DNA from: an uncultured Candidatus Saccharibacteria bacterium
Lineage (GTDB): Bacteria > Patescibacteriota > Saccharimonadia > Saccharimonadales > UBA10212
Direction of reading: 5' to 3'
DNA: 56,856 nt
Assembly (NCBI GenBank): GCA_964625245.1
Contig: CAZVAN010000002.1
Span: forward strand, 1 to 56,856
The notes below the pieces were generated by a model that worked only from the letters and a program-made list of their open reading frames with translations, did not search any database and was not told where the DNA came from. How positions within the stretch are numbered: the first letter of the stretch is position 1; each line of letters starts with the position of its first letter. Position numbers and translations under genes: made by a program. Below are positions 27,388 through 36,242 of this stretch, piece after piece.

Positions 27388-27881
27388 TAACTTTCCTTGT
27401 CCAGTTTAGCGATACGCCTGGCGTGGCGCTCCTCGCCGCCAAATTCAGTTTCCAGCCAAAGTCTTACGACTGACTTCATATCCTCGAGATTCACAAAGCG
27501 AGCGGCCAGACTAAGCATGTTAGCGTCGTTATGCAATCTTGAAAGGCGGACAATTTCGTACGGATCATGGCTAACACGACCATTAATATCAACCACACCT
27601 TTAGCTACTGCCGGTCCATAGAAGACAGCGCAGCGTATACCCTTAAAACGATTGGCGGCCATGGCCTCGCCCTGCCCACTCGCCCCCATAATTACTCCCA
27701 TTTGACACTCACCACTCGCTACGGCCTTAGCGGCCGGAAAAATAAAATCCGGATAATCGTCATCGGGCTTCAAGAAACCGGGTCCAAAATTATTACATGT
27801 ATGACCTAAGCTTTCCAGAAAAACTTGGAGTTCTTTTAGCTGCTCTAGGCCGGCGTGATCGGTGGAGATTGCGATGTTCAT
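27387..27881 (-). CDS. rpiB: Ribose-5-phosphate isomerase B
   Basis: MNIAISTDHAG... and RpiB/LacAB family layout. There is a 1-nt overlap with rpe. Confidence 0.88.
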   Translation of the reverse strand: MNIAISTDHAGLEQLKELQVFLESLGHTCNNFGPGFLKPDDDYPDFIFPAAKAVASGECQMGVIMGASGQGEAMAANRFKGIRCAVFYGPAVAKGVVDINGRVSHDPYEIVRLSRLHNDANMLSLAARFVNLEDMKSVVRLWLETEFGGEERHARRIAKLDKES

Positions 27882-27893
27882 TAGCGGCCTGCC

Positions 27894-29213
27894 TTATGAG
27901 TTATGCGTGTTCTCTGAGCCGAAGTCCGGTGAACCACTGGTAGGATTGTCGTCACTGCTGCGCTCGGCCGCCGTTTCCGGCTCGGCAGGTAAGGTAGTTG
28001 GCTCGTCTGGAGCTTCTAGCAGGGGCTCTTCAGGCTCTTTCATTAAATTGGGAAGTTCCGGCGAGGCCTCAGATTCCCCGTCGGGCTCTTCGATAGATGT
28101 ACTAGGAGCTTCTTCGGCGGTGTCTGAGTTGGTTGTGGGCGTTTCGTCGGCGACCACTTCATCGGTGCTAGTTTCGGAATCGGACTCCGAATTTGAATTT
28201 TCGTTTAGCAACTTGCCAGCGTCAGCCGTCAGCTCTACCAGACGGTTGGAGTAACCCCACTCATTGTCATACCAAGCCACCACTTTCAGCAGATTCCCAC
28301 CAATCACAGCTGTGAGTTTCAGATCGACTATAGCTGAGTGGCTGTTGCCTATGAAATCAGTACTAACTAATTCTTCTTCAGTTACAGCCACAATCCCTTG
28401 GTAGAAAGGTTCCTCCGCGGCTTTCTTGAAGACATCATTGACCTCCTCAACGGTCACATCTCGCTTAGTAACCACTACAAAATCGCTTAAAGAAACTACG
28501 GGGGTAGGAACACGTATGCTCATGCCGCCAAAAATACCCTCTAGGGCTGGCAGGGCCTTAGCAGCAGCAATACTGGCTCCGGTTGTAGTTGGCACAATGT
28601 TCTGAGCAGCAGCCCGGGCTTCGCGCAAATCTTTAGCCGGTGCGTCCTGCAAACGCTGGCTGGCTGTATAGCTATGAACGGTGGTCATCATGGCTTTCTC
28701 GATTCCAAAAGCATTCTCCAGAATATTCATGATTGGGGTAATGCAGTTGGTGGTGCAGCTAGCATTGGACAAGACTTGATGGTCGGCCGTTAACTTGTCT
28801 TCATTTACGCCAAGTACAAAGGTGTCGTGATAGTCATCGTCCTTTTCGGGTGCAGACAATATGACTTTTTTCGCGCCGGCATTAATATGTTTCAGCAAAT
28901 CTTCGTGCTTAGTAAATAAACCGGTTGATTCAATTACCACGTCAACGTCTAGATCTTTCCAAGGCAACTCGGTCGGGTCTTTTATAGCTAAGACCTTTAC
29001 TTTCTGACCGTCAACAATAATATTTTCGTCATCAAAGTCTACTTTGTTCTGGTAGGTCCCGTAGTTACTGTCGTGCTTCAGTAGATGTGCCAGAGTTTTG
29101 GTGTCGGTTAGATCATTTACGGCCACTACTTCTATGTCCGAACGAGCAAAAGCGATTTTAAAAGCGTTGCGGCCAATGCGCCCGAAACCGTTGATGGCTA
29201 TTTTGGTCTTCAT
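27894..29213 (-). CDS. gap: Glyceraldehyde-3-phosphate dehydrogenase with an acidic Pro/Ser/Thr-rich C-terminal extension of about 100 aa
   Basis: NGFGRIGR and SNASCTTN motifs. The canonical end WYDNEWGYSNR is followed by a low-complexity tail. Confidence 0.92.
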   Translation of the reverse strand: MKTKIAINGFGRIGRNAFKIAFARSDIEVVAVNDLTDTKTLAHLLKHDSNYGTYQNKVDFDDENIIVDGQKVKVLAIKDPTELPWKDLDVDVVIESTGLFTKHEDLLKHINAGAKKVILSAPEKDDDYHDTFVLGVNEDKLTADHQVLSNASCTTNCITPIMNILENAFGIEKAMMTTVHSYTASQRLQDAPAKDLREARAAAQNIVPTTTGASIAAAKALPALEGIFGGMSIRVPTPVVSLSDFVVVTKRDVTVEEVNDVFKKAAEEPFYQGIVAVTEEELVSTDFIGNSHSAIVDLKLTAVIGGNLLKVVAWYDNEWGYSNRLVELTADAGKLLNENSNSESDSETSTDEVVADETPTTNSDTAEEAPSTSIEEPDGESEASPELPNLMKEPEEPLLEAPDEPTTLPAEPETAAERSSDDNPTSGSPDFGSENTHNS

Positions 29214-29299
29214 AATGTACTGCCCACTCCCTCTTTAACCGTTATCGTTTCCTTGAGTCTAATTGTATATGCTAACGCTTTCCAGCTCAAGCAAAGCAA

Positions 29300-29713
29300 T
29301 TATATTAGGTTGTGCTTTATCACGTACTCAAAAAGTTCTCTGTGGATTGGATATTCTATTCGCTCTAATGCTTCTTGTGGCGGCAGCCATTCGTGCATAT
29401 CGTGCTCATAGCTCAACTTAACTTGCTCCTTGTACGCAGATCCAGCGAAGAATAGGAATATCACATTGCCCTCCGGCCGCATCTCGGTCTTTGTATATAC
29501 CAGTTCCAGCTCAGCCGCGGGAACTTCCAAACCAGTTTCTTCTTTTATCTCGCGGGAGACCGTTTCGGAAAAATCTTCCGCCTCCTCAACCAATCCTCCA
29601 GGTAGATCCCACTGAAGAGGTCTCCTGGGGTCGGTGTCACTTCTCCTAATAAGAAGGACTTGCTCTTTACTGCTCAAGATCGCTTTGGCGATAATTCTAT
29701 GGTTTCTGGCCAT
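29300..29713 (-). CDS. NUDIX hydrolase
   Basis: Nudix box GGLVEEAEDFSETVSREIKEETGL. I trimmed the start to MARNHR, which overlaps the ppa 3' end. Confidence 0.8.
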   Translation of the reverse strand: MARNHRIIAKAILSSKEQVLLIRRSDTDPRRPLQWDLPGGLVEEAEDFSETVSREIKEETGLEVPAAELELVYTKTEMRPEGNVIFLFFAGSAYKEQVKLSYEHDMHEWLPPQEALERIEYPIHRELFEYVIKHNLI

Positions 29714-30233
29714 TGGCGCGCTCAATGGATTCGGCAATGACTTTTTTGGCTTCTTCCACGTCTCCCCAGCCCAGAACTCTAGTACTGCCTGGTTTGTAAA
29801 GGTCTTTATAGTGGTTAAAGTGGTGCTCAATTTGCTGCTTCCATCGTTCGCCCAAGTCATCAAGCGATTTGACGCTATCCCCGGTATGGCGATCGTCAGC
29901 CGGCACTACTACCACTTTATGGTCCGCTTCGCCCTGATCTTCAAAATTTAGAATGCCTACAACTCTGGCTTTTAGCCAGACCCCAGTTGGTATTGGCTCT
30001 TCAGTTACTACCAGCGTATCTAGTTCGTCGCCGTCTTCGTCTAACGTTTGGGGGATGAAGCCATAGTTGCAGGGTTTCGCAAAAATAGCCGGCTCAACTC
30101 GGTCTACCGTGAAGGCTGCCCGCTCTCGGTCCCACTCGATTTTCATAGTTGAGCCCTTTGATACTTCTACGACAGTATTAACAAGCCCATTGTTATAATC
30201 ACCCGGCTCTAAAACTTTATTAAAATCAGCCAT
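29697..30233 (-). CDS. ppa: Inorganic pyrophosphatase (family I)
   Basis: YGFIPQTLDEDGDELD and the KIEWDRE region. Confidence 0.92.
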   Translation of the reverse strand: MADFNKVLEPGDYNNGLVNTVVEVSKGSTMKIEWDRERAAFTVDRVEPAIFAKPCNYGFIPQTLDEDGDELDTLVVTEEPIPTGVWLKARVVGILNFEDQGEADHKVVVVPADDRHTGDSVKSLDDLGERWKQQIEHHFNHYKDLYKPGSTRVLGWGDVEEAKKVIAESIERANGQKP

Positions 30234-30279
30234 TACTTCTCCTTAGTCTTTAGACTTATTCTACAAAAGTTCCGCCGCT

Positions 30280-31260
30280 TTAACCATAGAGGGCTGGGTC
30301 CATATGCGGACCGTGACCTTCCAGATACTCCCTGATCATTAGGGCAGCGGTGGCACCCTCTCCAACGGCGCTGGCAATTTGCAGCGTAGCACCGGAGCGA
30401 ACATCGCCAGCCACAAAGACACCGGGCATAGCAGTCATTAATTTAGTGTCGGACTTTATAAACCTGCGCTCATCGAGCTCCACCGGGCTACCATCCAAAA
30501 ACTTCGTGTTGGGGTCTAGGCCCACAAACACGAAGACGCCGTCTGTTTCAAAATCTACTTTTTTACCACTTATCTTATCCGTTCCAATAACTTTTGTTAC
30601 TTTGTTGTCTGCCCCCACAATTTCATCGGTAGTGGTATTAAAATGTACGGTTATTTTGTCTTTATGATTTTCCAGCTCATGCTCCAGTACATCACTCGCG
30701 CGGAGTTTATCACTGCGAACCAGAATGTCGATGTGGCTTGCGAAACGCGTTAAGAATATTCCTTCTTGGATGGCTGAATTGCCGCCGCCTACCACCACCA
30801 ACCGCTTATCGCGGTAAAAGGCTCCGTCGCAAGTAGCGCAGTAGTGCACGCCGCGGGCATAGTATTCAAGTTCACCCGGTACTCCAATTTTGCGGTATTC
30901 GCTACCAGTGGCAACCAAGACAGCCTTAGCAAGCAAGTCGCCATCGCTGGTGCTAATTTTTTTCAAATCCTTTTCTTGAGTGATGGAAAATACCTCCCCA
31001 AGTTCAATCTTGGCACCAAACCGCTCGGCTTGAATGCGCATAGCCTCAGATAGCTCCAGGCCGGCAACCCCTTTAGCAAAACCCGGGTAGTTGTCCACCC
31101 AATCGGTAACTGCCGCCAAGCCGCCGATGGCGCCTTTTTCATAAAGAGTAGTGTCGATATCCTCGCGCGAGGTATAAATAGCGGCACTAAGCGCTGCCGG
31201 TCCGGCCCCCACGATAATGAGGTCATGGACCTTCTTCTTGTCTTTAGTTTTCTCTTCCAC
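30280..31260 (-). CDS. trxB: Thioredoxin-disulfide reductase
   Basis: GAGPAA and the CATCDG redox centre. GTG start. Confidence 0.92.
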   Translation of the reverse strand: MEEKTKDKKKVHDLIIVGAGPAALSAAIYTSREDIDTTLYEKGAIGGLAAVTDWVDNYPGFAKGVAGLELSEAMRIQAERFGAKIELGEVFSITQEKDLKKISTSDGDLLAKAVLVATGSEYRKIGVPGELEYYARGVHYCATCDGAFYRDKRLVVVGGGNSAIQEGIFLTRFASHIDILVRSDKLRASDVLEHELENHKDKITVHFNTTTDEIVGADNKVTKVIGTDKISGKKVDFETDGVFVFVGLDPNTKFLDGSPVELDERRFIKSDTKLMTAMPGVFVAGDVRSGATLQIASAVGEGATAALMIREYLEGHGPHMDPALYG

Positions 31261-31402
31261 TCAGTCTCTCTTCCCGAAAATTTATTAGCTATTTAGGTGG
31301 ATGCAGTACAAGGCAAGGCTGAGCACTGCAGTGAACTTTCATTTAACAACACTACGAATGAAGCGCGCAAGCTTTTGCAGCAGCAATGCGCCGCATAGAT
31401 AG

Positions 31403-31651
31403 CTAAGCCACGGCTGGGGCGAGTTGGGATAGATTATAGCCCACTACCACCTGCCTCGAATCGTCTTCTTTTGTAACGATAGTAATTGGCACGGTTAGGG
31501 CGCCACTCATGGCCAGCGCCTCTTGCTGACGCTCCGGATGTTCGTCCAGATTGACTACATCGTAGCTGTGGCCTTTCATATCCAGGAAACGCTTCACCAT
31601 AACACAGTAAGAGCAGGTGTTAGTAGTAAAGATGGTAATATTCTTAGCCAT
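31403..31651 (-). CDS. Glutaredoxin-like protein (NrdH-like)
   Basis: 82 aa with a CSYC active site, a thioredoxin fold, and an AAAGGAGGG SD upstream. Confidence 0.8.
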   Translation of the reverse strand: MAKNITIFTTNTCSYCVMVKRFLDMKGHSYDVVNLDEHPERQQEALAMSGALTVPITIVTKEDDSRQVVVGYNLSQLAPAVA

Positions 31652-31688
31652 TTGATTCCCTCCTTTTTTTGGGTTTTTGTTTAATAGC

Positions 31689-31735
31689 GGCTAAACTCTG
31701 ATGTTAGTTTAGCCTAGTGCCTGGAACTACGTCAA
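31689..31735 (-). promoter_or_regulatory. Candidate promoter (TTGACG-18-TAAACT) with a 9-bp inverted repeat overlapping the -10
   Basis: On the minus strand, the -35 is at 31730-31735 and the -10 at 31706-31711. The inverted repeat GGCTAAACT-N8-AGTTTAGCC spans 31689-31714. Confidence 0.4.
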
Positions 31736-31819
31736 TACCGCTACATATTGTGCTTTTTACTCCACATATGCACAATTTCTTGACTTGCATAACCCGCAAA
31801 TGCGAGTATTTTGGGCCTT

Positions 31820-32356
31820 TTACTTAACGTTTAAGAGGGTGATATCGAATACCAGATCGGCGTTAGCCGGAATGCCGGCACCGGCGGGAGGGTTAGCGCC
31901 ATAAGCCATTGCGGCTGGAATTAACAGCCGCCTGGTGCCGCCGACTTTCATGCCGGGCACGCCTTCTGTCCAGCCCTTTATGACTTGGCTTAGGCCGAAT
32001 GTTACTGGCTGTCCGCTATTATCAAGCGAACTCTGAAAGACTATGCCAGTCGCGGCTACCGCGCCCGTGTAGTTGACCGTAACTGTTGAACTTGCACTGG
32101 CTTCAGCTCCCGTACCGGGAGTTGTATCGATTTTTTGAAGGCTACTTATGCTAGCAACCGGTGTAAAGTTGGCGAGTGGTTTTCCGGCTAATTTGTTCAC
32201 GTTGTTGTCCTTTGTTGTATTAGTTGATTGTGTGCTTGCTTGATCGGCTTTACTAGGATGGGTATTGACCCAAAAAGACCAAACTCCCAGGCCCACGCCC
32301 GTAAAAATAAATAACCCTGTTATCAGTAGCCAGACGGCCCTTTGCCATTTGCTCAT
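31820..32356 (-). CDS. Membrane-anchored FKBP-type peptidyl-prolyl isomerase
   Basis: N-terminal TM helix and the FKBP core VNYTG...FQSS...VIKGW..G..GMKVGG.R.L.IP. Confidence 0.88.
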   Translation of the reverse strand: MSKWQRAVWLLITGLFIFTGVGLGVWSFWVNTHPSKADQASTQSTNTTKDNNVNKLAGKPLANFTPVASISSLQKIDTTPGTGAEASASSTVTVNYTGAVAATGIVFQSSLDNSGQPVTFGLSQVIKGWTEGVPGMKVGGTRRLLIPAAMAYGANPPAGAGIPANADLVFDITLLNVK

Positions 32357-34846
32357 TTAAATCCTTTCCGCGTTAAGGTTGGTTTTGGCGTCACCTGCCA
32401 TTCTATCAAATATATTATTTACTTCCTCGGTAGTTAGAGTTCTATCAGGGTGCGCCAGCTCAATATGCCAGGTGGTTTGCTTGTGCTTAAGCTCTCCGGT
32501 CTTTTGGAAGATATCCAGCGGCGAGATTTCATATATGTAGCCATGCTGCGAGGAAATCTGGCTGAGGCTTTTTGCCAGAAAGTCGGTTAGCGTCTGATAG
32601 GGCAAGTCGGCCGAAGTCCTTAGACATAAATCCTGCGACAGCGCTGGATAGCGGTTGAGGGGGAGGTAGACTTTCGGCTTAGCAGCCTGCAAGAGTTGGT
32701 GAAGACTTATCTCAAAACCGGCTGCAAAGCTGGGCAGTTTTAAGCCGAGCGCCGCCGATGGTTTGAACTCACCTACCACCCCGGCTATCTTCTCATTGCC
32801 GGCAATGTAAATATGCGCTGAACGCTCAACCTCAAATGGTTTGCCTGGCTGGGCCTTAGGTTCTTCCTGCAGGGGCTGATATTTCAGCTCAACTCCAAGG
32901 TGGGAAGCCAAAGCGTCCAGATAGTTTCGCGCCTGGAAGTAAGCACTCCCGGCTTGCTTATGAGTTTTATCCTGACCGGCTACCGCTAGAGCCAGCGTCT
33001 CAATCTCTCTGGGGAGCTCTTTTTCTACCTCGTCCTTCTGCGTCTTGTCATGGGATTTATTCATCTCAAAAATTGCAAACCCGTCGAACCCAAGTTTGAT
33101 GTTAGGATGCACTTTTTCCAGTAAACTCGGCATCAGACTCAGCCGGTAGTACTGCAGTTCTGGGCTCAGGGCATTGCGGATATGATAGGCCTGCGCCGGG
33201 TCTTGGCCGGCTTTCTTTATAAGTGACTCGTGGACAAAACTGTAGGTAAGCAGCTCGTTAGCGCCGGCTGCCGATAGATAATTCCTAATCCTGGATTTAA
33301 GTTCCAGCATTCCATCGAGCGGGCTTGGACTAATTGTCCTCTTTGGGAGATCTAGCGGCAGATGGTCGTAGCCGTAAAGCCGGCCAACTTCCTCAACAAT
33401 ATCTTCCGGAATTTCAATATCCGTGCGCCAAAATGGCGCTTTAATACTTAGCTCGTCACCTGAGGTTTCCACATCAAACTCAACATTCGTAAGTATTCGC
33501 TTCATCTCAGCAACTGTTAGGTTAAGCCCGAGTCGCTCGTTAATGAACTGCCGCTTAACACTCACGTGGCCAACCGCACCCTTAAGATTCTTGTCGTCAA
33601 TTAATGGGCTGGCCCCCCGACCGCCGGCTAGCCGCTTAACGTCCTCCAATGCCTTCACAATTACCGCTCGGTTTTGCAGCGGTGACTGATTTTTAGTAAA
33701 CCGCGTCGCGGCATCGGTAAATAGCCCATAAGTCATAGCCGTCCGGCGAGTGGTGTTCATGTCAAAAGTGGCAACTTCCAAAATAATATTTTTTGTGTGC
33801 TCGTCTACTTCAGTGCTGGCGCCGCCCATAACGCCGCCCAGGCCAACCGGCTTGTTGCCGTCAGTAATAACAATTGCTTCGTGGTCCAGCTTTAGGTTCT
33901 TGCCGCCAATCAGTTGCACAGTCTCGCCCTTTTTGCTCATCCGCACGCCCAAGACGCCGGTTTTTAACTTGTCATAATCATAGGCGTGCAGGGGCTGAGC
34001 CGTCTCCAGCATGTAAAAATTAGTTATATCAACGATATTGTTAATTGGCCGTACGCCGACACTAGCTAAACGGACTCGCAGCCAAACCGGGCTGGGCTGA
34101 ACTTTTATGTCCTTGATGGCTATCGCGCAAAACCTTGGCGTTAACTTTGGCAACTCATTTTTAACTTCAAGTTTTAAGACGTTTTTGCGGCCGTCGTTCA
34201 TAAGAGCAGCGTCTGGTTTGTACCAGCTCGGGCTCTTGAACGGCTTGCCGGCAATCCCTGCCAGCTCGCGGGCGATGCCCAACATACCAAACAGGTCCGG
34301 ACGGTGAGTGAACATTTTATTTTCAATATCTATGACGTAATCATCCAGGTCATAAACTGCCGTCAGAAGCTCCCCAGGCTTAGCGTCCTGATCGATTTCC
34401 AAAATACCGTCGTGGTCATCGCCAAGAGCTAATTCGCGGGCCGATGCTAGCATCCCATGGCTAGTTTTACCCCTTATGTCACGGGCTTCTATAGTAAATG
34501 GGTCTTTCTCAAAAGTACTTGGTATGGTGGTTCCTGGAGGTATCCAAGCCGCTAGCATGCCGGCTTTGACGTTGGGCGCGCCGCAGACAATTTCTATAAG
34601 GCTGTTTTTATTGCGCTTAACTTTTTTGTTAACACCGTTATCATCAACTTGGCAGAAGCTTAGTTTATCGGCATTAGGATGCTTCTCCGATGCGACGACT
34701 TTAACGACTAAAATGCCTTCGTATTTTTTACCAAGATCGACAACTTCCTCGACCGCGCCCAGCTGGGCGCCAATTTTTTCCACCAACGCATCAACGGGCA
34801 GGTTTACGTGGGTGAACTGCTTTACCCAATTAAGGCTTACCTTCAT
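32357..34846 (-). CDS. pheT: Phenylalanine-tRNA ligase beta subunit
   Basis: 829 aa with tRNA-binding, B3/4, B5 and FDX-ACB-like regions. Confidence 0.93.
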   Translation of the reverse strand: MKVSLNWVKQFTHVNLPVDALVEKIGAQLGAVEEVVDLGKKYEGILVVKVVASEKHPNADKLSFCQVDDNGVNKKVKRNKNSLIEIVCGAPNVKAGMLAAWIPPGTTIPSTFEKDPFTIEARDIRGKTSHGMLASARELALGDDHDGILEIDQDAKPGELLTAVYDLDDYVIDIENKMFTHRPDLFGMLGIARELAGIAGKPFKSPSWYKPDAALMNDGRKNVLKLEVKNELPKLTPRFCAIAIKDIKVQPSPVWLRVRLASVGVRPINNIVDITNFYMLETAQPLHAYDYDKLKTGVLGVRMSKKGETVQLIGGKNLKLDHEAIVITDGNKPVGLGGVMGGASTEVDEHTKNIILEVATFDMNTTRRTAMTYGLFTDAATRFTKNQSPLQNRAVIVKALEDVKRLAGGRGASPLIDDKNLKGAVGHVSVKRQFINERLGLNLTVAEMKRILTNVEFDVETSGDELSIKAPFWRTDIEIPEDIVEEVGRLYGYDHLPLDLPKRTISPSPLDGMLELKSRIRNYLSAAGANELLTYSFVHESLIKKAGQDPAQAYHIRNALSPELQYYRLSLMPSLLEKVHPNIKLGFDGFAIFEMNKSHDKTQKDEVEKELPREIETLALAVAGQDKTHKQAGSAYFQARNYLDALASHLGVELKYQPLQEEPKAQPGKPFEVERSAHIYIAGNEKIAGVVGEFKPSAALGLKLPSFAAGFEISLHQLLQAAKPKVYLPLNRYPALSQDLCLRTSADLPYQTLTDFLAKSLSQISSQHGYIYEISPLDIFQKTGELKHKQTTWHIELAHPDRTLTTEEVNNIFDRMAGDAKTNLNAERI

Positions 34847-35151
34847 ACTTCACCATCCTTAAAACGCTGATCCAGCTCACCCATAGTTGTCCAAAAGGCG
34901 CGTTCTAAGTCAATCTCGAGTTTATGAGCAATAACTAGCACACTCCACAGGCAATCCGCCAGTTCGTGGTTGAGCTTTTTTTGGTCCATTTGTTTAGCCT
35001 CTAAGATAGTGATTAAGTCCGCCACGTCTTTCTTAAACCCGTGAGCCAGTTTTTGAGTGCTCCATGACTGGCCTTCACGAGCCTTGTTTAGCTGATCGTA
35101 TTTACGACGAATTTCCATGGCCCGTTGTTCCAAAACTTTAATATCGCTCAT
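34843..35151 (-). CDS. MazG-like nucleotide pyrophosphohydrolase domain protein embedded in pheST
   Basis: 102 aa with 4-nt overlaps on both sides. Motif EL.DCLWSVLVIAHKLEIDLE. Confidence 0.65.
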   Translation of the reverse strand: MSDIKVLEQRAMEIRRKYDQLNKAREGQSWSTQKLAHGFKKDVADLITILEAKQMDQKKLNHELADCLWSVLVIAHKLEIDLERAFWTTMGELDQRFKDGEV

Positions 35152-36179
35152 GAGAATTGCCTCAGGAATTTAAGATTTCCGGAGTGGAAGTTGCGAACGT
35201 CTTCAATTCCGTACTTCATCATTACCAGCCGGTCAATGCCGCCGCCCCAGGCAAAGCCGGTGTATGTAGCCGAGTCAATGTCGGCCTCTTTTAGAACGTT
35301 CGGATGAATCATGCCGCAACCCAGTAATTCAATCCAGCCAACGTAGGAACAGACACCGCAGCCCTTCTTGTCGCAAAATGGACAGCTCAACATAAATTCA
35401 AAGCTTGGCTCGGTGAACGGGAAGTAGAACGGGTTGGTTTTTACTTCCAGAGTCTTGCCGTAATATTCTTCTAAAAATGCTTTGAGGGTGGCTATCAAAT
35501 GACCGGCATTGATTCCTTTATCAACGTAGATGCCCTCCAGCTGATAGAAAGTGTGCTCATGGCGAGCATCAACGTCTTCATTGCGAAAGACTCGGCCCGG
35601 CACCACGGCGGCAATTGCCTGTCCGGCTTCTAAATCTTTTTTATGAGCTTTTAGAAAGCGGTTTTGCATAACGGATGTATGCGCCGGCGCCACCAGCCCT
35701 TCGTCGGTTGTGAAAGTATCGTATTCATCGCGCGCCGGGTGGTCCGGCGGGAAATTCAGGCTGGTGAACATGTGATAGTCATCATCCAGTTGGCGCGATT
35801 CTACCGCCGTAAAACCCATTCGCCCAAAAATGTTCAAAATCTTGTCCAGCTCGCTCATTAGCGGATGACTACTCCCGTCTGTAACGGGCAGCAGTTTTGG
35901 CTTAGACTGGTTAACGTCAAAGGGCGATGTTACGTCTATGGCTGGCAGTTCTACTTTTGGAACAGAATATTCACGCACCATTTGTTCAAGCTCATTCTTC
36001 AGCTGGTTAACTTCCTTACCGAAGGCTGCCCGCTGAGCGCTGTTAGGCAAAGTTTTTAAGCGGTCATAAAGAGCGGCTAGTCCCGGGGCGCGCAGAACCG
36101 ACCGTTTGTCGTCGGTTTTTTCAAACAGCTTCCTCAGTGCAGTCGCGGCTGCACTCACCTCTTTATTGTGGTACTCCAT
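35148..36179 (-). CDS. pheS: Phenylalanine-tRNA ligase alpha subunit
   Basis: Class II motifs, including FRNE and GFAWGGGIDRL. Confidence 0.95.
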   Translation of the reverse strand: MEYHNKEVSAAATALRKLFEKTDDKRSVLRAPGLAALYDRLKTLPNSAQRAAFGKEVNQLKNELEQMVREYSVPKVELPAIDVTSPFDVNQSKPKLLPVTDGSSHPLMSELDKILNIFGRMGFTAVESRQLDDDYHMFTSLNFPPDHPARDEYDTFTTDEGLVAPAHTSVMQNRFLKAHKKDLEAGQAIAAVVPGRVFRNEDVDARHEHTFYQLEGIYVDKGINAGHLIATLKAFLEEYYGKTLEVKTNPFYFPFTEPSFEFMLSCPFCDKKGCGVCSYVGWIELLGCGMIHPNVLKEADIDSATYTGFAWGGGIDRLVMMKYGIEDVRNFHSGNLKFLRQFS

Positions 36180-36242
36180 AAACTGCTGCCATTATAGCAA
36201 CCAGGAGCCCTCTCTTACCACCCAGGTAACACTGGTATACTT

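Noticed and set aside
31741-31776. NrdR-box-like sequences (ccgctACATATTGTGc and an ATTGTGC / GCACAAT inverted pair) upstream of the NrdH-like gene
   Set aside because: By eye the match to the 16-bp NrdR consensus is only about 12/16 for one box, and the second box is poor. The site lies upstream of the predicted -35, and no nrd genes or nrdR are in the window.
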